A DNA stretch of 28,753 nt from a virus. Lineage: Duplodnaviria; Caudoviricetes. The stretch covers positions 1 through 28,753 of IMG/VR virus record IMGVR_UViG_3300029930_000012; one strand, written 5' to 3'. Within the stretch, counting starts at the first letter, position 1. Every line of letters starts with the position of its first letter. The position numbers were made by a program, and so were the translations under genes. Shown here piece by piece: positions 14,780 through 24,468 of this stretch. Under the pieces are notes generated by a model. It had not been told where the DNA came from, made no database searches, and saw nothing but the letters and a program-made list of their open reading frames with translations.

Positions 14780-17700
14780 ATGGCAGGGTTTGACACGAAG
14801 GAAATGATGAATCGTGCCATCCGTTACATGGCTCAGACTGCCATGGAGCGAGCCGCCGGAGGGTGGGTTCCGCCGAAGGAGCGTGAGCGTCAGCAAAAAG
14901 AGGCTATGCGCGCCGAAGAAAAACAGGCTCGTCAGGCCGAGAAGCAGCATAAAGAAGCCATTCGCGCGCACGAGAAAGAGCAAAAGTTGCTCTCAAAGCA
15001 GTTCCCGACACAATATATGCCGAACGTCGGCCGTCAGGTTATGGCGAAGGGCGGCAATGTCGGTGGCGATACTGCAAAATTTAAGGGACGCAATTTTTGG
15101 TCTGGCGTTTTTGACGCGCACGATGGAACGATCAGAGAAGTTCATCCGTATAAAAAAGCACAAGCGGCGGACTTCCACCATTCGTATTATGTTTCCGCTC
15201 ATCTGCAAGATGCCATGAAAAATGGAGACGCAGGTTTCTTCTGGGTTGATAAGGGTGGAAAGGTGAACACCCTTTGGCGCGATGAAGAAGCGCCTGACCA
15301 TATTGTTGATGCCATCCATAGTCAGATTGATAGAGAGGGCATGTCTTCCGGTGGAACGCCGGATGATCGCAATCAGGTTGGCTTATACAGCAAAGCCGCG
15401 CGCACGGTCGCTGCATTGCCGCAGAAGAAGGCCACCGGAGCGCAGATGGTTGCCGCTCTGCGAGATCCAAAGCGTGGCGTGAAGAAAGAAGAATTGATCA
15501 ATTCTGGATTGATGCTGCCTTCTGGGGAAGCGCATCCTGATTGGGCCAATCGCTCTGTCACTGCGGATGAACTTGCAAAACACTTCAGAGATCAGCAACC
15601 GCAAATCGAAGAAAAAGTGCTTGGCCGCCAGCCAACAGGATATAAGCACAAAACATCTGATGAGTGGAATGAGGCAGTTGCACAGGCTGAACTTGCTGGC
15701 AATTGGGAAGAAGCCAATCGTCTTCAAGAGGCATGGGAAAAATCAGAAGCGGCTCCGACAAAGTATCATGAGTGGACATTGCCCGGCGGTGAAAACTATC
15801 GTGAAGTTCTGTTAAAGTATAATCCAGAAGGAAATCGTTTACCTGAAGGTCATGAAATACAAAAAATTGAATATGATGATGGTCGTGTTGGATATTTTGC
15901 AGTTACGCCAACAACGAGAAGCCGTGTCTATTGGAATGAAGATGATGCAAAAAAAGATTTGCAATCATCAATTGAAAATTTAAAGGATTGGCGAGAAAAA
16001 AAGAATGGCTTTATATCTCAGCATTGGAGCGATCCAAACGTCCTTGCTCACATTCGCATGGCTGATCGCATGGGACCAAATGGTGAAAAGATTCTTCACG
16101 TTGAAGAATTGCAATCTGATTGGGGCCAAAAAGGGCGCGAAGAAGGATTTGGTGTTCCTCCAGAAGAAGAGGAATTGTGGCAAAAAACAGAAAAGCGAAT
16201 GAAAGAAATTCGCAGTAGAGAAGCGCAAATCATTGCCAATGAATTGGAAGGCAAGCCTGTAGACAAGCGCGAATTGCAACAACTGTATATTGAGCGCCAA
16301 AGACTTACGCCTGTTTATTCTGCACTTGAATTGAAGCGCGATACCGCAGTGCCTCACGGTCCTTATGTCACTTCGACAGAAGGATGGACTGATCTTGCTT
16401 TGAAGCGCGTTTTGAAAGAAGCCGCAGAAGGCGGATACGATAAGATTGTGTTTACGCCGGGTGAAGAACAGGCGAAGCGTTACAATTTAAGCGCTCATGT
16501 TGATCGTCTTGCATACGACCCTGAAGAAAAAACGCTCAGTTATTGGAAAAAAGGTGCGAATGCATGGACTGATCATCCAGAATATGTAGAACCAAATAAA
16601 TTGCATAAGGTAATTGGCAAAGAAGCAGCGAAGCAATTGCTTGCAACGGAGCCAAACAAGTTGAGTGGCATCCATTCAATGGATACTAAAGACCTTGTTA
16701 TTGGCGAAGAAGGGATGAAGGCATATTACAACCAGATTGTCCCGTCTCGTCTTCAAGATTTGGTTAAAAAACACGACCCGAATGCGCGGGTTGGTGTGTC
16801 TCAAATTGGTAATATTGTTCCTAAAAACACGGAATTGGAACAATTCTCGCAAAGCATCAACTTCGAACAGCCCGCGCAGCCAAAAGCGCCGATACAATTT
16901 ACGGGCGCATCTTTAGATGTCACTCCGCAATTGCGTGAAAGCGTTATGAAGGGGCAAGAGGCATACAAGCGCGGCGGAGAAGTTGATGGTTACGCCGATG
17001 GCGGTTCTCCTTCACTCAGCCAAAGAATTCTTGATTACGCCGAAACACTTCCTACGGCGGAAGAAAACATTGAAACAATCAAGAAGTTTGGCCGTAATGT
17101 AGGTGAAGGCGCTGCTGATATTGGCAAACGTGTTTTTTCTGGCTTTGAAAAAATGGCAGAGAGAGCATTGGACCGTAACCCACCACCAACCGTTCGCGCG
17201 GGTGAACGCCCTGTGTATGTTGAGCCAAAACGCGAAGAGCCACCGCAAAGACTTTATGTTTTGCCTGATGGTCGCAGGGTATCAGGTGCGGAACTTGAAA
17301 TGCACAACGAAATGATGCGTGAGCGTTTTGAAGAACAGTATGCGATGCCTCGCGTTGTTCAAGAAAACATGCCACCACAAAATCGTCCTGTGCCGACGCG
17401 CGCGCCCATGCGTGAAAAGTTGCTGCGCCAAGAACAACAGGCAAACGTAAATCGTCCTGTCGTTCTGCCAGAACGGAAGGGCTTTGACTTTCCACAAGTC
17501 TACAAAGACATCATGAGCGATGAGCCTCAGATGGAGTGGACAAAAGGGATGACCCCTCGTGAACAGGCTGCGCCAGTTAAAACGGCCGAAGGTTCAATTT
17601 TTGCATCACGGGGGAATGATGGTAGTGAATCAAATGCATCTGGCCCATTGGAAGTAAGCGTTACAAAAACAATTACAGGGCCAAAAGATGTGTATCTGGG

Positions 17701-20170
17701 GACAGGAGACACACCAAATCCGTTCCATAGCCATCAAACTATGGTTGCTTCTGCGCCAGAGTATGAAGGTCAGGTTGTGCCAATCCCTGACACGCCAGCA
17801 GATCGTATGGGCGAGCATCATCTTCCAAGGTTAATTTGGCCGATCCATGAATTAAAAAACAAGGAAGGATACAAAGCAAAGCAAGGATTGGAAGATTATA
17901 ATTCTCCGGCATCCGCTATTGGCGAGCGTTTTCCAACCAAAGAAGATGTTGATTTTTATCGTTCGGTTGATGCAACTTATGGCCGTCCGGAAGCGGGATA
18001 TTTGCAACAAGGCGCTCGAGGCAGTTTCTACGATGACTTAACCAATATGACGAGCCGACAAGGCGGGTATCGTCGCGATATGACACCGCAAGAGTCAGAC
18101 GCGTTTAATGCTGCTTATATCGCAGCGCAAAGAAATCCAATTGCTGCGCTTGGATTCCGCCCTGAAGAATTTGATTTTTCAGGCAGCCCTATTCCGCAAA
18201 CAACGGCTGGGATGGTATCGTCACCACAGAGCCGCATTTATGCCGATCTAAAGTTCCCATCTGTTGCTGTGCATGAAGCAATACATCGTGGTCTTCTTGA
18301 AATTAGAAACGAAGATTACAATGCGTATCTACAAAAAACTGGTAGCCTGTTGCAGGAAATGAATGATCTGGCAAAGCAGCCTTACAGTTCTGAAAAGTCA
18401 AAAAGGTTTTTTAAAATCAGTGAAGAACTAGATGCATTAAGAAAACAGCCAACAGACCCTGATATTTTCCCGCCCGGTCAAATTGGTGACGCGGAAGGAA
18501 AAGAGGACGAACAAGAAATGTTTGTCCGCTCTTTGATGTATAAAATGTTCGGGCCTGTTGAAGCATATGAAATGGAACGCCAACTAGTTAATGGCGATGT
18601 CATAAAAGAATACCCGCAAGAAAAACTTGAGCGCTTTATGAGCGACAATGCAGACCGCATTGCTCGTCTCGAACAACGCGCAATGAAAATGCTGCAAGAG
18701 CGCCAACGTGCGGCTGGACCGCGCGCAAGAGGCGGAGCGGTTCGTGGTAAATATGCTTTTGGCGGCAATCCGGGCGATATTGCAGGTGGCGGATTTGGCA
18801 CTGGCAACGTCGGTGGCGGCAGTTCTATCAGCAGCGGCGGAAGCATGGCAGAGGCTCGGGCGGCTGATCGCGCTTCTGTTTCTGGCTATTCTGCCGACTC
18901 CGGAGGCGGCTCATCGTGGAGCGGCGGCGGCGGTGGCGGTGGAGGCCGAGACAGTTCACCATCAAGAGATCGCGGCACAAGCGGTGGCGATGGCGGTCGT
19001 GATTTTAGCATCGGTGGGCCACAAGGTCTCACAGGCGCGCCCGCTTTTGGCCGTCCAGAACAAGGAACAGATACCTATAATCTGGACAATCGGCCTCCAA
19101 TGACGGTGGGCGCTCGTTTCAGTCCAAATATCGGCGCAGATCTAGTGAAAGAAGCCGTCACGCCTGATTTTAGCACAGGCAACAGTCCATTGGCCTCTGG
19201 CGTTTCGTCATACGATCAGAACGCAATCAACGCTCTGTATGATCGCATGCGCGCAGAACAACAAGCCGAGCGCAACGAATCATATGAGCGCTCTGTTGTT
19301 GGCCCAACAACGCCGCAAATTAATGTTCCGAATGCGGGCGATCTTTATGGTGCAACGGACGCGCTGTTGGCTGTTAATCAAAAACCGTCTGGCATGTTTG
19401 GGCAGCCAGAATTTGGCACAACGCGATTTGGTCAGAACCCGATGCAGTCAGGTTTCCCAAAACAGTCAGATATTGAAACGAGAGCATCTGGCCCATTTTC
19501 TCAGCCAAACAGGCCAATTACGCCAACGCCATTCTCGGGATATCCGCAGGAAGTGCAGAATGCGCTCAATCCAATAAAACCGGATTCCGCATTTGGCCAA
19601 ACTTTGATTGACCCAACAGGCAAATATACGAATCAGGCTCTGGATCAGATGGGCGTAGCGACTGATGCGGTGACAATGCTCAATTCGCCGACTTTGGCGG
19701 GTGCTTTTGTTCGCGCGTTCACTCCAACACCGACACCTGCAACTGCGCAACAGCAAGCTGCAATTGAGCGGATGTATCGCCGTGACTTGAACACAGGCGT
19801 TCCCGCAAACTTTGCGACACCGGAAGGCATGGCAGAGCGTTACGGCGCTCCGGGTGCAACGCCATTGGCACGGCCGGGCCAGACCCCGACGGCCTATCTG
19901 AGCGCAGGGCCATCGGCATCCACCGGAAGGCAGGACATGCCAATCGGTTCAACTTCAGTCGCGCCATCGCAGTCAGCGAATCAAACGCCAAGGGAAAATT
20001 TTGAACAGGCGTTTGCAGCCGCTCGCGCGCGCGGAGAACAGACGTTCCCGTGGACCAATCCAGCGACTGGTCAAACGATGCTTTACACGACCCAACTGGG
20101 CCGAAAGCAGGGTGGCCGAGTGCCGTCCCTGAAAGAGCCGGAACAGTGGGAGTGCAAAGAAAAGCGTTGA
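14780..20170 (+). CDS. Large polyvalent / probable virion-internal (ejected) protein
   Basis: 1796 aa. Polyvalent-protein-like domain (NYREVLL, HIR..DR, EELQSD, LKR.L.EA...GYD), AVHEAIH zincin motif, xxxGG motifs between modules, low-complexity C-terminal third. Confidence 0.7.
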   Translation: MAGFDTKEMMNRAIRYMAQTAMERAAGGWVPPKERERQQKEAMRAEEKQARQAEKQHKEAIRAHEKEQKLLSKQFPTQYMPNVGRQVMAKGGNVGGDTAKFKGRNFWSGVFDAHDGTIREVHPYKKAQAADFHHSYYVSAHLQDAMKNGDAGFFWVDKGGKVNTLWRDEEAPDHIVDAIHSQIDREGMSSGGTPDDRNQVGLYSKAARTVAALPQKKATGAQMVAALRDPKRGVKKEELINSGLMLPSGEAHPDWANRSVTADELAKHFRDQQPQIEEKVLGRQPTGYKHKTSDEWNEAVAQAELAGNWEEANRLQEAWEKSEAAPTKYHEWTLPGGENYREVLLKYNPEGNRLPEGHEIQKIEYDDGRVGYFAVTPTTRSRVYWNEDDAKKDLQSSIENLKDWREKKNGFISQHWSDPNVLAHIRMADRMGPNGEKILHVEELQSDWGQKGREEGFGVPPEEEELWQKTEKRMKEIRSREAQIIANELEGKPVDKRELQQLYIERQRLTPVYSALELKRDTAVPHGPYVTSTEGWTDLALKRVLKEAAEGGYDKIVFTPGEEQAKRYNLSAHVDRLAYDPEEKTLSYWKKGANAWTDHPEYVEPNKLHKVIGKEAAKQLLATEPNKLSGIHSMDTKDLVIGEEGMKAYYNQIVPSRLQDLVKKHDPNARVGVSQIGNIVPKNTELEQFSQSINFEQPAQPKAPIQFTGASLDVTPQLRESVMKGQEAYKRGGEVDGYADGGSPSLSQRILDYAETLPTAEENIETIKKFGRNVGEGAADIGKRVFSGFEKMAERALDRNPPPTVRAGERPVYVEPKREEPPQRLYVLPDGRRVSGAELEMHNEMMRERFEEQYAMPRVVQENMPPQNRPVPTRAPMREKLLRQEQQANVNRPVVLPERKGFDFPQVYKDIMSDEPQMEWTKGMTPREQAAPVKTAEGSIFASRGNDGSESNASGPLEVSVTKTITGPKDVYLGTGDTPNPFHSHQTMVASAPEYEGQVVPIPDTPADRMGEHHLPRLIWPIHELKNKEGYKAKQGLEDYNSPASAIGERFPTKEDVDFYRSVDATYGRPEAGYLQQGARGSFYDDLTNMTSRQGGYRRDMTPQESDAFNAAYIAAQRNPIAALGFRPEEFDFSGSPIPQTTAGMVSSPQSRIYADLKFPSVAVHEAIHRGLLEIRNEDYNAYLQKTGSLLQEMNDLAKQPYSSEKSKRFFKISEELDALRKQPTDPDIFPPGQIGDAEGKEDEQEMFVRSLMYKMFGPVEAYEMERQLVNGDVIKEYPQEKLERFMSDNADRIARLEQRAMKMLQERQRAAGPRARGGAVRGKYAFGGNPGDIAGGGFGTGNVGGGSSISSGGSMAEARAADRASVSGYSADSGGGSSWSGGGGGGGGRDSSPSRDRGTSGGDGGRDFSIGGPQGLTGAPAFGRPEQGTDTYNLDNRPPMTVGARFSPNIGADLVKEAVTPDFSTGNSPLASGVSSYDQNAINALYDRMRAEQQAERNESYERSVVGPTTPQINVPNAGDLYGATDALLAVNQKPSGMFGQPEFGTTRFGQNPMQSGFPKQSDIETRASGPFSQPNRPITPTPFSGYPQEVQNALNPIKPDSAFGQTLIDPTGKYTNQALDQMGVATDAVTMLNSPTLAGAFVRAFTPTPTPATAQQQAAIERMYRRDLNTGVPANFATPEGMAERYGAPGATPLARPGQTPTAYLSAGPSASTGRQDMPIGSTSVAPSQSANQTPRENFEQAFAAARARGEQTFPWTNPATGQTMLYTTQLGRKQGGRVPSLKEPEQWECKEKR

Positions 20171-20211
20171 GTCGCTATTGTGACGCTCGGACCTATGTTA
20201 TCTTCTCAGAA

Positions 20212-20261
20212 GTCTTGATCTGCCCAAGACCCCCTATCCGGCAGACCGGAGGACGCTCCGG
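20212..20261 (+). promoter_or_regulatory. Leader H-type pseudoknot plus hairpin
   Basis: GTCTTG/CAAGAC stem; loop TCTGCC pairs with GGCAGA (20240-45); then CCGGAG-GACG-CTCCGG. Confidence 0.55.
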
Positions 20262-20281
20262 CAATCCTAGTGGAGCCACTT

Positions 20282-22843
20282 ATGTATGATCTCGCTAAAA
20301 AAGCCCGTGCGGGCATGAAGTCAAAGGCAGAGCGCCTTGCCGGAGAAAAAGATCGTAAGACGGATTCGTCTGATTGGTCGCCAGCAGAACCATTGAATGC
20401 AGATGTAAAGACAGGCATGCGTCCTGTGTCTCGTCGTGCATATAAGGACGGCGGTAAAGTTGCAGGTAGCGCGCCGAAGGGCCGCGCTGATCGCAAGCCG
20501 CGCAAAGCAGGTGGCAAGGTTGAAGCAAAGGGCGAACAGCCGTTGGTTGATCGTTATGTCAATCGCGACCTGAAGAAGGCAAATGAATATCGCGATGGCA
20601 AGAAGCACATCGGTGGCCTGAAAACAGGCGGTCGTGCGGGTAAATTATCTGGTGGCGCTCTGAAGCGTTACACTGAAAAGGCCAACGAAGATCAAGATTG
20701 GCGTGAAGGCATGCTTGGCTCAATGGGCCGTGATCTTGAAGGCCATATGTTTGATGCCAAACAAAAATGGAAAATGAAGAAGCGCGAAAAAGGCGTGGAA
20801 TTGGCTGAAGAGAAATTGGAAAGAAAGGGTTGGAAGCGCGACCCTGATTCCGGTAATTACGAACCGCCAAAAGATAAAGATGACAAAGACGGAAAAGCGC
20901 ATGGTGGCCGCGCCAAAAAAGAAATTGGCGGGGCAATTGATGCCATCGCCAGTGGCAAAGTAAAAGGTCTTATCCCGACTGTTATGGGAACGATGGATAA
21001 GGATAAAGACGGAAAAAGCGGCGGTTTGTTGAAAAACGGTGGCCGCGCTCACAAGGCTGTTGGTGGTGAAGCGCCAGCAGAAAAGGTTGATATGACGTTT
21101 CGCTCAGGCAAAAAGCCCGGCGTTGAATTTAATAAACCTTACCCAGTTCCAACGCCTCGGGCCCGTCCTGCAAATCTTACTCCGGCGGCAAACAACAAAA
21201 TCAAACCAGATCCAAGCAAATATTTGCCGGGCGATGTGATCACTGGTCCGCCGAAATATAAAGAAATGCCTCTCCCGCGTGGCTCTAAGCCAAAATATGA
21301 AAATATGCCTCTTCCGCGTGATTTTAAGCCAACATATGAAAATATGAAATCTGGCGGCCGTATGAAGCGCGCTGATGGTGGAAGCACCAAAAAATTAGCG
21401 TGGAACATGAGTGCTGCTGAAATGCTTGAGTCTTCGCGCAAGCGTCAAGAAGACGTGAAAAAGGGCGTTGAAGAAAGCAAGAAGAAGTATCCGGGCATGT
21501 CGGCGATTGAACGCGCAGAGCAGTCAATCAAGGACAAGTTTACTCCTGCCTATTTCGCAAATTTGAAAAAGGAAAAGGAGAAGGAGAAGGATAGCGACGA
21601 AGGCTATAAGGAATTTGCAGATCGTCGTGCAAAAAGGGACAGCGACGCTGATGAAAAGCGCAATGGTGGCCGCGCCAAGAAGGCTGACGGCGGACCAATG
21701 ATGATGGACCCACGTCTTGGCATTGTTAAGCCAAAGGCGATGGAATTTGGACAGAACGTCGTTACGCCGGGATTGAAAAAGGGTGGCCGCATTGCCAAAC
21801 AAATTGGTGGTGCGTTGGGCAGGGGCCTTGCATCTGCCGCTATGGGAGCAATGAATCGTCCTATGACGCAACAGCCGCCTATTGGTTCAAATCCGGCGAT
21901 GATGGGCCGTGGTCCTGCACCACAGGCTATGGCAAATGCTCAAGGCCGTCCGTTCCAGCCGGGTGGACGCTTTGCGCCGCCACCATCGCCATCTTCTCCT
22001 CTTCCACCAATGACAGGAACTGCTTCGCCGCTGACGCAGACAGGAGCAATGTCTAATTTGGCTGGGATGCAGCCATATGCTGCTCCATTGCCATCAATGA
22101 CTGATTTTAATCAGCAATTGGCTAGTCGCACACCTATTACATCTGGGCTAAGTTCTACGCCTCTGACGCAAGAAGCATTGATGAGGCAAGCCCAATTGGC
22201 AACCATGTCTCCGCAAGATCAGTTTGCGTTTAACGCGCAACAAGCGGCGGCTTCTGGCAATCCATATCCTGCGGGCGCTTCTTTTGAATCGTCTTTAGGA
22301 CCGCAAGGAATTACCGTTCCTATGACATATGCGAACGGCGGTCGTATTGCTCGCGCTCTTGGTGGCGAAACAAAAGCCAAACCAAAAGGTAAGGGCAAGA
22401 CGAACATCAACATCGTCATTGCCACTGGCAAGCAGCAGCAGCCGCAGAGCATGGTTCCTGATGTGAATGCTGCTCCTATGGGGCCGCAGGGCATTCCGGT
22501 TCCCACACCAGCGCCGACAGCGCCAATGGGCGTTCCGCCTGTTCCTGCCGCGCCGATGATGGGTGGACCTGCTCCTTCGGGTCCAATGACACCGCCATCG
22601 CCGATGATGCCTCCAATGCCTCGCAGGGCGGGTGGCCGCGTCTCAAAGGTTGCCAAGTCGTTTAAGGATATGACGGCTGGTGCAGGTTCTGGTGAAGGTC
22701 GTTTGCAGAAGACCGATATTGCCAAGCGCGCTCCTCACAAGGCGGGCGGCAAGGTGTATCGCTCCTACAAGGACATGGATGCCGGAGCCGGATCTGGAAA
22801 AGGGCGTTTGGAAAAAACAGAAATCCAGACGCGCAAAAAGTAA
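20282..22843 (+). CDS. Basic, low-complexity protein with repeated GG motifs (probable internal head protein)
   Basis: 853 aa, Lys/Pro/Gly/Met rich, about 20 xxxGG motifs, duplicated C-terminal KDM.AGAGSG.GRL.KT.I. Confidence 0.75.
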   Translation: MYDLAKKARAGMKSKAERLAGEKDRKTDSSDWSPAEPLNADVKTGMRPVSRRAYKDGGKVAGSAPKGRADRKPRKAGGKVEAKGEQPLVDRYVNRDLKKANEYRDGKKHIGGLKTGGRAGKLSGGALKRYTEKANEDQDWREGMLGSMGRDLEGHMFDAKQKWKMKKREKGVELAEEKLERKGWKRDPDSGNYEPPKDKDDKDGKAHGGRAKKEIGGAIDAIASGKVKGLIPTVMGTMDKDKDGKSGGLLKNGGRAHKAVGGEAPAEKVDMTFRSGKKPGVEFNKPYPVPTPRARPANLTPAANNKIKPDPSKYLPGDVITGPPKYKEMPLPRGSKPKYENMPLPRDFKPTYENMKSGGRMKRADGGSTKKLAWNMSAAEMLESSRKRQEDVKKGVEESKKKYPGMSAIERAEQSIKDKFTPAYFANLKKEKEKEKDSDEGYKEFADRRAKRDSDADEKRNGGRAKKADGGPMMMDPRLGIVKPKAMEFGQNVVTPGLKKGGRIAKQIGGALGRGLASAAMGAMNRPMTQQPPIGSNPAMMGRGPAPQAMANAQGRPFQPGGRFAPPPSPSSPLPPMTGTASPLTQTGAMSNLAGMQPYAAPLPSMTDFNQQLASRTPITSGLSSTPLTQEALMRQAQLATMSPQDQFAFNAQQAAASGNPYPAGASFESSLGPQGITVPMTYANGGRIARALGGETKAKPKGKGKTNINIVIATGKQQQPQSMVPDVNAAPMGPQGIPVPTPAPTAPMGVPPVPAAPMMGGPAPSGPMTPPSPMMPPMPRRAGGRVSKVAKSFKDMTAGAGSGEGRLQKTDIAKRAPHKAGGKVYRSYKDMDAGAGSGKGRLEKTEIQTRKK
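21251..21346 (+). repeat. 39-bp in-frame tandem repeat x2.5
   Basis: PKYKEMPLPRGSK / PKYENMPLPRDFK / PTYENM. Confidence 0.85.
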
Positions 22844-22935
22844 TTCGCGGTTTTCGTCCAACGGCCGCGAAGGGGCGGGGGTTGTCCCCCTTATACTCCC
22901 GCCCCACTTAACATGGAGACAACCAAGGGGGTCAT

Positions 22936-23142
22936 ATGCAAACTTTTCATAGCCGATACATGGCTGAATACAAAAAACTGATCGAAGCAGAAATTCTAAG
23001 ATTAATGGAAAACCTAACAACCAATGGCGTAATTCAAGATTTTCCGGCTTTCAAAAACACCATTGGTGTCATTGAGGGTTTGAAAAGAGCGTTGGAATTT
23101 TCTGAAGAAGCCGACGCAATAGCAAATGGCAGAGACGAGTAA
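22936..23142 (+). CDS. Small hypothetical head-module protein
   Basis: AAGGGGG RBS; helical 68 aa preceding the GroES-like gene. Confidence 0.7.
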   Translation: MQTFHSRYMAEYKKLIEAEILRLMENLTTNGVIQDFPAFKNTIGVIEGLKRALEFSEEADAIANGRDE

Positions 23143-23152
23143 GGGGAATCAA

Positions 23153-23554
23153 ATGCCGTATATGAAGATAAAGCATGATGTCGATCCGAAAGAAAAATTG
23201 CTCAAAGAATTGGGTGATCTTTCCTCGGTGGAATTGTTCAACAATCAAATTTTGTTGGCGGTGTATTTACGGCCGACAAAAACACAACTTGGTGGAAAAG
23301 ATTTCTTTTTAACAGATCAGCATGTTGATGAGGATCGTTATCAATCAAAAGTTGGATTGTTGGTCAAAAAAGGACCAACAGCATTCGATGATACAACGGG
23401 CGAATGGTTCGCCGGAGAAACTTTCAATCTGCACGACTGGCTCGTTTTCCGCCCGTCTGACGGTTGGGATATCACTGTTCATGGGGTCTTGTGCCGCATT
23501 CTCAGTGACACACAAGTGAAGCTTCGCGCAAAAGATTGCGACGAAGTTTATTAA
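23153..23554 (+). CDS. GroES/Cpn10-like co-chaperonin
   Basis: ILLAV..RP.KT..GG..LTD...SKVGLLVKKGP.AF...DW.VF...G....G..CRIL.D pattern; AAGGGG RBS. Confidence 0.7.
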   Translation: MPYMKIKHDVDPKEKLLKELGDLSSVELFNNQILLAVYLRPTKTQLGGKDFFLTDQHVDEDRYQSKVGLLVKKGPTAFDDTTGEWFAGETFNLHDWLVFRPSDGWDITVHGVLCRILSDTQVKLRAKDCDEVY

Positions 23555-23566
23555 TGGAGAATTGAT

Positions 23567-24460
23567 ATGGATGGCACTGAAGAACAAATCGAAATTGTCT
23601 TGGATGATCCGGCAAAAACGGAGCCGAGCAAGGATGAAACTGTCGTAGTGGTTGAAGACGAGCCACAAAAACAACTTGAGACACCTGAAGAGGCGCTCAA
23701 GAAGATGGAAAAGAAATTAAAGCGGCAAGAGAAAGAAAAGGAAAAGGCTGAACATGCTCGCGATATGGCAGAGCGCCGAGCAGATCAGTTGCAACAAGAG
23801 ACGATTGAGAGCCGCAAATATGTGGCTTCTGCTGCTTACACGCAGTTGAAGACCGAGAACGACATGCTCAATGCAAAATATGCAGAGGCCATGGCGATCA
23901 GTGATTATGACGGCGCTGCTAAGTTGAACCAGCAGATCGTTATGAACGCGAACAAGATGATTCAACTTGAGAATGATCTTGAGCGGACGAAGTATGCGCA
24001 GCAAGAACAGCAAGGCAGTCAGTTAGATCAGATCATCAAGTCTGTTTCTCGCGAATCAGCCGAGTGGCTGAAGGAGCATAGGAGCGATCTTGATGATGCT
24101 CGGATGATTCGGAAGATGTTTCGAGCGCATGAGGACGCTGTCGAAGACGGAATTAAGCCGGATTCAGACGAATATTTCGAATACATCGAAGATCGTCTCG
24201 GCCTTTCTGACAAAAAACAGGCTCCAAGACGGGTTCGTGAGACTGAAAATGACGATGACGAGCCAATGTCGGCAGCGGCAAAGCCCGTTGCAAGGAAAGC
24301 GCCCCCTCCACCTGCTCCGGTTGAGCGGTATGGGAACCGTCCAAACGTCGTTCGGTTGACCCGAGCAGAGGCAGAAACAGCCCAAATGCTTGGAATGACA
24401 GAAAAAGAGTATGCGCAGCACAAACTTGCCCTTCAGAAAGAGGGCAAATTGCCGAATTAA
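23567..24460 (+). CDS. Capsid scaffolding protein (putative)
   Basis: Acidic N-terminus, coiled coil, C-terminal VRLT..E...A..LG.T..EYA..K; upstream of MCP. Confidence 0.68.
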   Translation: MDGTEEQIEIVLDDPAKTEPSKDETVVVVEDEPQKQLETPEEALKKMEKKLKRQEKEKEKAEHARDMAERRADQLQQETIESRKYVASAAYTQLKTENDMLNAKYAEAMAISDYDGAAKLNQQIVMNANKMIQLENDLERTKYAQQEQQGSQLDQIIKSVSRESAEWLKEHRSDLDDARMIRKMFRAHEDAVEDGIKPDSDEYFEYIEDRLGLSDKKQAPRRVRETENDDDEPMSAAAKPVARKAPPPPAPVERYGNRPNVVRLTRAEAETAQMLGMTEKEYAQHKLALQKEGKLPN

Positions 24461-24468
24461 GGAGAAAA

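Noticed and set aside
18900-19000. (GGC)n run as a regulatory microsatellite
   Set aside because: It encodes a Gly/Ser linker in frame.
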